This document shows positions 1 through 8,073 of a DNA stretch of 64,000 bases, piece by piece. The translations under genes were made by a program, and so were the position numbers. Position 1 is the first letter of the stretch, and every line of letters begins with the position of its first letter. The notes below the pieces were generated by a model, which searched no databases, was not told the DNA's origin, and was given only the letters and a program-made list of their open reading frames with translations. Source of the stretch: a virus (lineage: Duplodnaviria > Heunggongvirae > Uroviricota > Caudoviricetes); the IMG/VR virus record IMGVR_UViG_3300005544_000021; one strand, written 5' to 3'.

Positions 1-124
1 ATAGTTTCTTAATATATTTTATGCGTTTCAAGTCTTCTAAAAATTCTTTTACATTATAGCAATTTGGATTTTCATAATATTTTGCACAATATAAAAGAAA
101 ATTTTCATGGTTTAGTATATTCAT
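1..124 (-). CDS. N-terminal fragment of hypothetical protein running off the window start
   Basis: Minus-strand ATG at 124-122, open to position 1 (MNILNHENFLLYCAKYYENPNCY...); partial. Confidence 0.2.
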   Translation of the reverse strand, partial: MNILNHENFLLYCAKYYENPNCYNVKEFLEDLKRIKYIKKL

Positions 125-346
125 TCATCGTCTGCGAAACCCCCATTCGTCGGGGTCTGTCCACTCTCCTTTTCCATTATCAAACTCCTCAGGACGATCA
201 TAATCTCGGTGATATTTGTTTTTCTTAATAGCCTTTATAGTTCTATTGTAACCCCCAAGAGATCGTAATTTACCCTTGGCTGTGTATGCGTCGGCCCCAC
301 TTCCGTTCTTTCGTATTATATCTCGTAATTTTTTACTTAGAGGCAT
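125..346 (-). CDS. small basic hypothetical protein
   Basis: ORF track 73 aa, K/R-rich; tightly packed with neighbours. Confidence 0.3.
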   Translation of the reverse strand: MPLSKKLRDIIRKNGSGADAYTAKGKLRSLGGYNRTIKAIKKNKYHRDYDRPEEFDNGKGEWTDPDEWGFRRR

Positions 347-500
347 TTACTTTTGGAGGAGAATCTGCAATCTCCTTAGCTACCTCAAGATTCATGCAAT
401 ATGCCACATGAGCCCCTTTTTTATCAACAATCTGATAATTGTGTTCATGAGGTTTAACAACTCCAAACTTACCCTCATAAACATTTTTTACGTATGCCAT
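333..500 (-). CDS. 55-aa hypothetical protein (below ORF-track cutoff)
   Basis: ATG at 500-498, stop at 335-333, MAYVKNVYEGKFGVVKPHEHNYQIVDKKG...; overlaps next gene start by a few codons, typical phage packing. Confidence 0.25.
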   Translation of the reverse strand: MAYVKNVYEGKFGVVKPHEHNYQIVDKKGAHVAYCMNLEVAKEIADSPPKVNASK

Positions 501-518
501 TTTCTCTCTTTTTCCTTC

Positions 519-728
519 TTAAGTGATAGAAACTACTAAACCATTTACAATAATCAAAGTATTACCTCCAACGGCAATATTTGCTGATATTCCTAAAGTA
601 TTTGCGATAACTCCTTTTAATCCCCAATTGTTTGCCGTATGATTACGAACAACAATTATCATATCAGAATTTGCTAGCGAATTAACTACAGAAATAGAAT
701 TAGCAGTTAATTCGCTATTACTAGACAT
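519..728 (-). CDS. hypothetical small N/G/S-rich protein
   Basis: ORF track 69 aa, starts where 728..1636 ends. Confidence 0.25.
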   Translation of the reverse strand: MSSNSELTANSISVVNSLANSDMIIVVRNHTANNWGLKGVIANTLGISANIAVGGNTLIIVNGLVVSIT

Positions 729-1636
729 TATGCCGCAACGGTTAAGGTAGCGTTTGTGCTAAAGGTGTTTGGCACATCAACACCATTTATCCGAACTCGG
801 AAAATAAGTCCATCATCCGTGCTATGTATGGCATTGGTAATCACAAAAGATTTTGTGGTTACGTTTGTCCAAGTTGCGTTTGCCGTAATATCCGCAAAGC
901 TTGCCCCGCCCCATTTCTGCCAATGATAAAGCAAGGTTGGACCAGTTGGAACCGATACCGCATTAACAGAAAATGTAGCTGCCGCATTATTTGCGACAGA
1001 ATTATCGGCGGGTTGAGACGTTACGTTCACCGAAGCCCAAGTGACTGTCAACTTAGCATTTGCCGAAGTTTGGGTAGTAGCTCCAGTCTCTAGAACGAGA
1101 ACCCGATAAGAAACCGCATTCAAGGTGGCTGTATTTGAAATGCTTAAGACATTAGTAGTACTATTGCTATAAACTCCAGCATCCGAAAGGTTCGCAAACC
1201 CCGAACCAGTATTAGCCTGCCAAACATAAGAAATAGTGGTATTTGGGCTTCCAACTGCCCCGACACTAAAAGTTGTGGCAACGTGAGTATTAACCGTTGA
1301 GTTAGATGGTTGGGAAGTGATGCTTAAAAGAATATCGTCCACAGTATCAGTACCAAAACCCCCCGCAACTAAAACTTCAGTCTGAACTCGGCCCGCTCTA
1401 CCACCAGAACCAACTCGTTTTAGAACCCAACCTGTATGCGTCATTGCTCCTGAATATGCAGATATTTCGTTTGCCGCAACTCCAAAAACACCAATGGTTT
1501 CTCCCGTAACAAAAGAATCAGGAGTAGAATTTTGATAAAGTAAATCTCGGTTTGCGGAATTTGGAGATAAGTTTACCAAGGCACCCCCCCAAAGTGGGCT
1601 GCTTGAAGTGTTATCAGTTGAGGACCATTGAGCCAT
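728..1636 (-). CDS. virion-associated protein with tandem Ig-like beta-sandwich repeats
   Basis: Internally repetitive T/S/N/V-rich sequence with recurring ...TQPxNxTVxxxxxATFSVxAVG...YxWQ... units typical of phage Ig-like (BIG/Hoc-like) decoration or fibre domains. Confidence 0.4.
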   Translation of the reverse strand: MAQWSSTDNTSSSPLWGGALVNLSPNSANRDLLYQNSTPDSFVTGETIGVFGVAANEISAYSGAMTHTGWVLKRVGSGGRAGRVQTEVLVAGGFGTDTVDDILLSITSQPSNSTVNTHVATTFSVGAVGSPNTTISYVWQANTGSGFANLSDAGVYSNSTTNVLSISNTATLNAVSYRVLVLETGATTQTSANAKLTVTWASVNVTSQPADNSVANNAAATFSVNAVSVPTGPTLLYHWQKWGGASFADITANATWTNVTTKSFVITNAIHSTDDGLIFRVRINGVDVPNTFSTNATLTVAA

Positions 1637-1667
1637 TTATAATTTCCTACCCTTTTTTATTGTTAAC

Positions 1668-1943
1668 TTAGTATTTATTAAACTTTTCCATATAAGACTT
1701 TAACATCTTTCTGGATTCTTTAATGTATTCAGGATGATATTTTTCATTTGGAAACTCAGCTAATAAAGCCTCAAATGATTTATCTTCCATTCCCAATTGC
1801 GTGAGACTATTGATTGAATCAACAACCCGAACATTATGTATATGTTTTTTATGAAGAACATATTCCTTCAAATTAACAGATTGACTGCCACAACGTTGGC
1901 AAATTAATCCAAGTTCCTCGGGTTTTTTCTTCGTTCCAATCAT
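1668..1943 (-). CDS. C2H2 zinc-finger-like small protein
   Basis: C-x2-C-x12-H-x3-H pattern (CQRCGSQSVNLKEYVLHKKHIH). Confidence 0.3.
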   Translation of the reverse strand: MIGTKKKPEELGLICQRCGSQSVNLKEYVLHKKHIHNVRVVDSINSLTQLGMEDKSFEALLAEFPNEKYHPEYIKESRKMLKSYMEKFNKY

Positions 1944-2224
1944 TTAAATTTTTTCGTTCTGCGTAAACGTCTATATTCACGTGCTATTTGTATGCCATGT
2001 TTTACTCCATAGGCTCCTGCCCCGAAAGCAGCTTGGGCTGCTGCCCCTTTAAAATGTCCTGATGCTGCTGATATTACCCCAGAAATAGTGGGAGTAGTTA
2101 ATAAAGGACCATCCAAAAAATCAAATTTTCCTTTATTTCTTACAGCCTGTTTTAAGGCATTAATTCTCTTACCTTCATCCAATGGAAGAATTTCTCTTAG
2201 GCGTTTCATTATTCGTGACCACAA
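1940..2224 (-). CDS. hypothetical Gly/Ala-rich protein
   Basis: ORF track 94 aa, G/A-rich central segment, basic ends. Confidence 0.25.
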   Translation of the reverse strand: MWSRIMKRLREILPLDEGKRINALKQAVRNKGKFDFLDGPLLTTPTISGVISAASGHFKGAAAQAAFGAGAYGVKHGIQIAREYRRLRRTKKFK

Positions 2225-4914
2225 GCCTTTAAGAATCTATGGGGATTAAATAAAGGATTAGCCCGATGCCCAACTTCGGTATAATGTCTGGTCATATGCT
2301 CTTTCACTTCTGCATCTGGGATGTGCCGAATATGATGGGCAATATGCTCAAAATCTTTCCGAGTTAAACGGGGAAGAGCATTTTTCTCCTGATAAACCTT
2401 ACCTTTATCTACAGCTCCAGCAAATCTATCATGTTTAAAATTATGATTCATGGACTTCAAAAGCGTGGCATGAGCCTCAGATACCCCTTGTTTTAAATGC
2501 TCGGGAACTGAATGAACATGATTTACGGCAGCTTGCATATGAGCCCGAGAAACTTCATCTAATGTGCTTTCTCCCCCAGTTTCAATAGCATGGGCAGCAG
2601 TAAGCATGGCCACAGCCTCCCCCTCCGAGAAACCATTCTTCATTAGGTCTTCAATATCCTCAGTCTTAAACCCTAGGGCTTTCCCTTTTGCCGCCCCTTT
2701 TTTAATAGCCTGACCAGCAAATTTGGTTCTAATATCCCATTTTGCCTTTAATCGCTCATGATGTCTCGCTACGGCTTCATGATCATTGGCATTTTTAAAT
2801 GCATTAGCCGCTTCTTGCTCTTTTCCTTTACGCATTGCAATAGCATTTGCCCCGCCAACTCTTCGGGCTAAACCTGTAAAACTATGTTGTTTTTGATTTA
2901 AACCAATTCCCCGATCTAATTCTCCACTAGCAACAATTCTATGATACTTAGCGGAATTGCCATGAGAAATAGCTTCTTTACCAAACTTTCCGGGTTTATC
3001 TGATGTGCCAACAGCTTGTTTTACTGTCTTACCAGACTTATCATTCCACCACTTACGCAAACCACTTTTCATTTGAGCCCCTAAGGGTTTTGCTTTTGGT
3101 TTTTGTGGCTTTGCAGAAAGCTGTCCCATTCTAGCTTTGCGAGCAGCATTAATACCGGCTGCTAATTCTCGGCCTCTAGGAGGAGGAGTAGGTTTATATG
3201 GAACCATATCCTCCTCTAAATCTTCAGGGGTTTCTTCATCTAAGGAATACTTGGCAAGTAAACCATTTTCTAGAGAAGACTGTGCGCGAGCTAATCTTTG
3301 GCCATTCATGCGACCAGACTTAAGCCAATAACCTAATCGGCTTTGGGTTTCATTATCTAAATCTTCATTTGTTAGAACGGCAAAAGCTTGCTCTTCGGAG
3401 AAAAACGGGAGCATCTGTGTCATAAGTTCCGAAAGATAATCTTCATCAATACCTAGATTAGTTCCCCTATACATATTGTCGGTCTTGACAAAATAGTTTG
3501 CTGTATCAAAATCTTCATATGTGGTTTTTGAAGATTTGAACCCCAATCCTTTACCTTTCTTCACAGCATCTTTAGCTGTTCCTTTTCCAAGGTAGTATGG
3601 TTCACCTTTCTCATTTTTATATTGTACTGTTAGTAATTTATTCTTTTTATTTGTTACTGCCTCATTCAATTGCTCTTGCTCAATGAACCAATCTTCCATT
3701 TTCTCAATGATATCCTGAGGCATCTGAGCGAGTTCCCCAGTCTCCTCTAAGTGCTCAAAGAAATCGCTTCCCGAAACACCTTCTGCTAATAGGTCAGTTA
3801 GGACTGGCTCTATTTCTTCCTTCCAAGTTTTCTCGTCATATCCCAGACCCTTAGCTTGCTTCATGTGAAACTTTACTCCTTTTAGAAAATTCTTTGCTTT
3901 TGCCTTATTATTAGTTTTGCTATGCTTTTCCGATTTCTTTTTCCAATGCTCGGCAAACTTCAAGTGCCGATCAATAGCTGTTTTATTATCATGGGAAGCC
4001 CGAGCCTTGGAAACCATCTTGAAAGCTTTATCGGGCGGCATATTAAAAGTATCAACTAGTTGTTTCAAAGCATCTTTGGAAGGCTTTATTGGAATACCCT
4101 TATAGCTGCCATGGAACATTTCTGTGTCGCCATGGAACTTTAATTCTTCATTCACACCTTCTTTAATATCTTTTAGTTTACTTCCAATATGTTTAATGTA
4201 CTCTTTAGCCTCGGGATGTTTTTGTATATCTTTCTCATCCATTTTGCTTAGATGATTAAGGTGTTCAATCGCATGACTTAAGTGTTCATCTCTTATCCCA
4301 TGATCCCCTCTCAAATGAGCGGCATGAGCTTTATCTACATGATAAGCAATATGTTTGAAATGATCTACAACTGGATTTTTGCTCGTTTCCCCATTTGACC
4401 ATCCTTCTTTTGCAGCCTTTATAAAGGCTGCTGCTTTTTCATTACTAAAACCATGAACCGTGGTTAGGTGCTTATATAATCCAGGTTCTTTCATGGTTTT
4501 GACAGGATGTCCATTCACATGTCCATTAAACATCTTGTATTCAGAATTATAATGAATTTCAGATTCCGGGTCTTTTATCCCAAAGAGTTTCTTAAAGAAC
4601 CCCTCTTCTAAAACTTCACAAATTTCCCCCTCTTTCAAATCTTCCTTTTTCCATTGATATAAAGATTTATGACCCATAGCCTGAGCCCATTCCTTGGCAA
4701 GCTGGATTGCTAGTTTTTCATCATCATGAGGAATTACAACATAATCCTCGTTTGCCTTGTCCTTATTATAATCAACATCCCCCTTCTTTTTCGTGAAGGT
4801 ATATTTCTTCACGCCCGAAGATTTCTTCTTTTTCTCATTCAAAACAAATGAAGCCGTAAATGGATTAGAATGAACCATGCTTATTCCCATGCAATTCCCC
4901 AACCACTTTATCAA
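2209..4914 (-). CDS. large Lys/His-rich protein, candidate packaged internal head protein
   Basis: 901 aa, K/H/E-rich; N-terminal ...FVLNE-KKKK resembles the LxE capsid-targeting/prohead-protease cleavage motif shared with basic proteins at 58892..60638; precise start uncertain (several ATGs in the first 15 codons). Confidence 0.35.
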   Translation of the reverse strand: MIKWLGNCMGISMVHSNPFTASFVLNEKKKKSSGVKKYTFTKKKGDVDYNKDKANEDYVVIPHDDEKLAIQLAKEWAQAMGHKSLYQWKKEDLKEGEICEVLEEGFFKKLFGIKDPESEIHYNSEYKMFNGHVNGHPVKTMKEPGLYKHLTTVHGFSNEKAAAFIKAAKEGWSNGETSKNPVVDHFKHIAYHVDKAHAAHLRGDHGIRDEHLSHAIEHLNHLSKMDEKDIQKHPEAKEYIKHIGSKLKDIKEGVNEELKFHGDTEMFHGSYKGIPIKPSKDALKQLVDTFNMPPDKAFKMVSKARASHDNKTAIDRHLKFAEHWKKKSEKHSKTNNKAKAKNFLKGVKFHMKQAKGLGYDEKTWKEEIEPVLTDLLAEGVSGSDFFEHLEETGELAQMPQDIIEKMEDWFIEQEQLNEAVTNKKNKLLTVQYKNEKGEPYYLGKGTAKDAVKKGKGLGFKSSKTTYEDFDTANYFVKTDNMYRGTNLGIDEDYLSELMTQMLPFFSEEQAFAVLTNEDLDNETQSRLGYWLKSGRMNGQRLARAQSSLENGLLAKYSLDEETPEDLEEDMVPYKPTPPPRGRELAAGINAARKARMGQLSAKPQKPKAKPLGAQMKSGLRKWWNDKSGKTVKQAVGTSDKPGKFGKEAISHGNSAKYHRIVASGELDRGIGLNQKQHSFTGLARRVGGANAIAMRKGKEQEAANAFKNANDHEAVARHHERLKAKWDIRTKFAGQAIKKGAAKGKALGFKTEDIEDLMKNGFSEGEAVAMLTAAHAIETGGESTLDEVSRAHMQAAVNHVHSVPEHLKQGVSEAHATLLKSMNHNFKHDRFAGAVDKGKVYQEKNALPRLTRKDFEHIAHHIRHIPDAEVKEHMTRHYTEVGHRANPLFNPHRFLKACGHE

Positions 4915-5656
4915 TTAAACGATCAACCAATCCTTTTGGCTTCAAACTTGTTTTTGCCTGATTCGGATTTACTGGAATCGCCATTGGTTTAGTGGGATTA
5001 TGATAATTGTATCTTTCCTCGGGAGAATCAAACCACATCGGGGAACCTTTTTTCTTTTTGTTGTTTACATTATAAAATCCTGGTCCGGTCCAAGATTTTT
5101 GAACCCCCTCCCAAGATACTCCTTTGGTACTATGTAAATCTCTCTTCTTACGAGCCGCCCGTGCCCGTTGTCTTTCAACCTTTACCGCCTGAGCAGATAT
5201 TTTCTTGGTTGTATATTTCTTGGAGCGTTTTTGCTTTACCTCATTAGCCGCTTGTCTGATAGTTCGGGCAATACTCTTAGGATTACCAATCTTTAAGGTC
5301 TGACTAATTTTTTCAAACTTTTTGGCATGAGTGCTACCACTCATTAAATGCTTTTTAAGAGTGTTATATGCCTCAGTTTTCTTGGGGGGTTTTAGTTTAT
5401 CCCGGCGAGATATTTCGGCTCGGGCTTGAGCCCCAATTTCATCTTTACGCTTTTTTAGCTTACCCAAAGATTTATTGGACGTTTTGTGGGTAATTCTAAT
5501 CTTGCGGGCTTCTAAAAGAGCCAACTCAAATTCTTCCACGGTTAATGGTTTATGGGGGGCAACGGTGCGAGCCGATAATGTTTGTCGGGCATCTTCAACT
5601 TCTGGTTTAGTATTAATAACCTGATTAATGGAAGGTTGTTTCTTCTTTTTCGCCAT
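4865..5656 (-). CDS. highly basic Lys-rich protein (internal/DNA-associated candidate)
   Basis: 263 aa, very K/R-rich, no enzymatic motif. Confidence 0.3.
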   Translation of the reverse strand: MAKKKKQPSINQVINTKPEVEDARQTLSARTVAPHKPLTVEEFELALLEARKIRITHKTSNKSLGKLKKRKDEIGAQARAEISRRDKLKPPKKTEAYNTLKKHLMSGSTHAKKFEKISQTLKIGNPKSIARTIRQAANEVKQKRSKKYTTKKISAQAVKVERQRARAARKKRDLHSTKGVSWEGVQKSWTGPGFYNVNNKKKKGSPMWFDSPEERYNYHNPTKPMAIPVNPNQAKTSLKPKGLVDRLIDKVVGELHGNKHGSF

Positions 5657-5694
5657 GAATCCTTATTTATTCCCTAAAATCTAATTCCTTTTAT

Positions 5695-6381
5695 TTAGGA
5701 AATAGATTCAGGTAAAAAAAGCGTATCTGAACATGATCTTGCCACAATTTTATAATTCAAAGGTTTCAGCAAATTTTGAATAGAAAATGTTGGCATTTCT
5801 AGTAATAAGGCTGGTTTGTGTGTCTCCAAAGTTTTCATGGCTCCCTGTAAACATCGTAATTCATACCCTTCTACATCCAAATGAATTAAATCCAGGGTTG
5901 GAAATTCAAAATCATCAAGTCTAAGCATCGGGATAATACCTTGGGTGCGTTCTTCAATACTATGCATGCCAGTATTCTCTAAACACTTTTTTCGCATCCT
6001 AATCATGTGATGTTCATTACCCAAGGCGGCTTGAATTTTAATGATATTTTCTTTTTGGCAGTTATTTACTAAACAGTGAAAATTCAGTTCATCGGGTTCA
6101 AAGGTGTAGACGAGAGAAAAGAATTCTGAGTAAAGGCGGGGATAAAGCCCCATGTTTCCTCCCGCCTGAACTACACAATCAAACTTTTTGACATGTTGTT
6201 TTACAATGTTTCGGTGAGATTTTTCCCAATCGTCTTTTGGGCCATCCCAAGAACCATTATCTATTTTGATCCATGTCCATGGACCAACATTATCAACGAA
6301 CTCATTCCGAATATATGTTAATTCTTCCATCAATTTTCCCATAAAAAAAGAGGCCAAAAATGGCCTCCTATTTATAGACAA
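5695..6381 (-). CDS. FkbM-family SAM-dependent methyltransferase
   Basis: FDCVVQAGGNMGLY...YTFEPDELNFHCLVNN resembles the FkbM GxGxxG SAM-binding and FEP motifs; the ORF-track start is a TTG, and the true start is probably a downstream ATG (MGKL or MEEL). Confidence 0.5.
   Translation of the reverse strand: MSINRRPFLASFFMGKLMEELTYIRNEFVDNVGPWTWIKIDNGSWDGPKDDWEKSHRNIVKQHVKKFDCVVQAGGNMGLYPRLYSEFFSLVYTFEPDELNFHCLVNNCQKENIIKIQAALGNEHHMIRMRKKCLENTGMHSIEERTQGIIPMLRLDDFEFPTLDLIHLDVEGYELRCLQGAMKTLETHKPALLLEMPTFSIQNLLKPLNYKIVARSCSDTLFLPESIS
6369..6376 (-). promoter_or_regulatory. T4-type late promoter motif TATAAATA followed directly by AGGAGG
   Basis: Minus-strand reading ...GTTGTCTATAAATAGGAGGCCATTTTTGGCC... 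sits just upstream of the methyltransferase ATGs. Confidence 0.3.
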
Positions 6382-6387
6382 CTTTAG

Positions 6388-6567
6388 TTAACTTTGGTCA
6401 ACTTTGGGGTCTTTGTTTTTCATACCCTTAATCGCTGACGCGAGGTCAAGCACGAACTTACGCCAATGTTCTTTTTGCTCTTCCGTGTAGTGTGTTGCCC
6501 ACTCGCCACCATTGTTCCCCTTGGCCGCACGAATGGCGAATGCCTCAACGTCCTCCTTGCGGATCAT
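6388..6567 (-). CDS. 59-aa GC-rich hypothetical protein
   Basis: ATG at 6567-6565 preceded by GAGGAGG; MIRKEDVEAFAIRAAKGNNGGEWATHYTEEQKEHWRKF...; GC-richer than its surroundings. Confidence 0.3.
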   Translation of the reverse strand: MIRKEDVEAFAIRAAKGNNGGEWATHYTEEQKEHWRKFVLDLASAIKGMKNKDPKVDQS

Positions 6568-6628
6568 CGTCTATACCTCCTCAATTTCATACCCTTAGAT
6601 TACTAATCGTCTAGACCGGGCCAGCCAT

Positions 6629-6716
6629 CCTACGCCCACGTAGGCTTGGAGCCGTAATACATCGTCTTACGGCAGACGAATCGGAAAGGTTTATATTAGC
6701 GCGCTCTTACCTTTCC
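6629..6716. other. three consecutive stem-loops in a GC-rich intergenic spacer
   Basis: CCTACG-ccca-CGTAGG (6629-6644); GCCGTAA-9nt-TTACGGC (6651-6673); GGAAAGGT-18nt-ACCTTTCC (6683-6716, overlaps the stop of the 6707..6940 ORF). Confidence 0.35.
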
Positions 6717-6940
6717 AATCTCTCTCTATTATTTTCAAGTGTTATAACACCAGAAAAGACTAAGAACAGGCCCTCAATCCAATCTGTTCTATATTCTGAC
6801 TTTCCCCTATCAACAATATTTATTCCGCAGCGAGGAGATATAAAATAGACTATTTGAGATTCACTACCAGTAATTCCAATATATGGATACGTTCTATTTT
6901 TTAGTTCATGAAACCCCGTTACTTGTACTTTGACTGACAT
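6707..6940 (-). CDS. hypothetical protein
   Basis: ORF track 77 aa. Confidence 0.3.
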   Translation of the reverse strand: MSVKVQVTGFHELKNRTYPYIGITGSESQIVYFISPRCGINIVDRGKSEYRTDWIEGLFLVFSGVITLENNRERLER

Positions 6941-6949
6941 AGTTGTTTC

Positions 6950-7198
6950 CTAGCGTATCCACTTCCTATTTTCCAGGAAGATGCCTCCATTGAAGTTTAC
7001 CCACATCGCAATTGTTGCTAATACAGCATTATAATCTTTGCAAGAGGCAATATCTGCCCGAAACTTTTGTATTAGGCGTATATCAACTTTGTTTCTGGCC
7101 AGAGCATTCATAACTCTGGCCAGAACAACAAATTGGCTTCCGTCTTCTCCAGACAAATCAATATCAACTTTGATTTCGGGAAAACGGGGATATTCCAT
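6950..7198 (-). CDS. hypothetical protein
   Basis: ORF track 82 aa; its stop overlaps the start of the His-rich gene (ATGA). Confidence 0.3.
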   Translation of the reverse strand: MEYPRFPEIKVDIDLSGEDGSQFVVLARVMNALARNKVDIRLIQKFRADIASCKDYNAVLATIAMWVNFNGGIFLENRKWIR

Positions 7199-7497
7199 CA
7201 GTAGTAACAGAAACCTGTGGTTGCCCAGAGGACAGGATCACACCAAGGACCATAAGGACCACCATACCACCACCAGCGACCGCCGTGCCAATGCCTACGG
7301 CCTCCATGCTCGGCATGACCATGATGCCCAGAATGACCGGCGTGGTGGCCCCCATAATGGCCTCCAGAATGACCACCAGAATGGCCTCCATGACCACCAC
7401 TATGGCCTCCAGAATGACCGCCATGATGTTGAGCAGCAACAGGGCTTGAAAAGGCTAAAGCTCCCGCAAATGCCAAAGCGATTTTCCAGTTCTTCAT
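7198..7497 (-). CDS. secreted His/Gly-rich repeat protein (candidate metal-binding)
   Basis: Clear signal peptide MKNWKIALAFAGALAFSSPVAAQ, then five HSGGHxGG repeats and a W/Y/C-rich tail; the high local GC comes from Gly/His codons. Confidence 0.5.
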   Translation of the reverse strand: MKNWKIALAFAGALAFSSPVAAQHHGGHSGGHSGGHGGHSGGHSGGHYGGHHAGHSGHHGHAEHGGRRHWHGGRWWWYGGPYGPWCDPVLWATTGFCYY

Positions 7498-7542
7498 ACT
7501 TTCAGTTCCTTTCTTCGTTTCGTTTAGAGGTAGATAATAATC

Positions 7543-7818
7543 TTATTGAAGTCTTTTGGCTAAATCTTTAAAATTCCAAGGATGTTGGCAAGCTGGTAAT
7601 GCCCAATCCTTTGGTAAATTGTGGCTGATATTATTCTCGTCATACCAATGATGAGCAGTAACTGATTTTACATTAACACCTTTAGAAATTAAATATTGAT
7701 GAATGGCACACCTCTGCTGGTAAGGATAGAGGTAATTGCCATAATAATTATATTTTTTATCTCCTTGTTGTTCACACCACTCAGCAAAGGCTTCGTTTGA
7801 GAAGATGTTCTTGCTCAT
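7543..7818 (-). CDS. MSKNIF-family small protein, paralog 1
   Basis: MSKNIFSNEAFAEW...CAIHQYLISKG...; clear paralog of 52580..52840 (MSKNIFTTEAFAEW...CAIAQYLTSKG...). Confidence 0.4.
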   Translation of the reverse strand: MSKNIFSNEAFAEWCEQQGDKKYNYYGNYLYPYQQRCAIHQYLISKGVNVKSVTAHHWYDENNISHNLPKDWALPACQHPWNFKDLAKRLQ

Positions 7819-7851
7819 TTTGAAACTCTCCTATGGTTTCAAGAGCACACC

Positions 7852-8073
7852 CTACACCATTTCCTTCTTCTTGTCTAACAAAAAATTTGGAGTATAACCA
7901 TTAAATCCCGAACCCCGATTAAGTTTGGAACACAACTGTTGAGCTTCTTTAGAATTGAGAAATGTTTTGATTAAAACTTCAGTAAATGGGGTCTTTTCCA
8001 TTACTGCTACCTTTTCATTCAATTTCGCAACCCAATATTTTACTCTTCTAGTTTTGCCGTCTATCTTTTTCAT
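7852..8073 (-). CDS. hypothetical protein
   Basis: ORF track 73 aa. Confidence 0.3.
   Translation of the reverse strand: MKKIDGKTRRVKYWVAKLNEKVAVMEKTPFTEVLIKTFLNSKEAQQLCSKLNRGSGFNGYTPNFLLDKKKEMV

Noticed and set aside
276-539. 87-aa plus-strand ORF
   Set aside because: Antisense to two tightly packed minus-strand genes; low-complexity hydrophobic translation; no RBS.
824-1093. Cys-rich 89-aa plus-strand ORF
   Set aside because: Lies antisense inside the Ig-like repeat gene; most likely a frame artefact.
7038-7571. 177-aa plus-strand ORF and 91-aa minus-strand ORF (7164..7439) overlapping the His-rich gene
   Set aside because: Alternative frames of the GC-rich His/Gly repeat; only the 7198..7497 frame has a signal peptide and contiguous start-stop coupling with neighbours.
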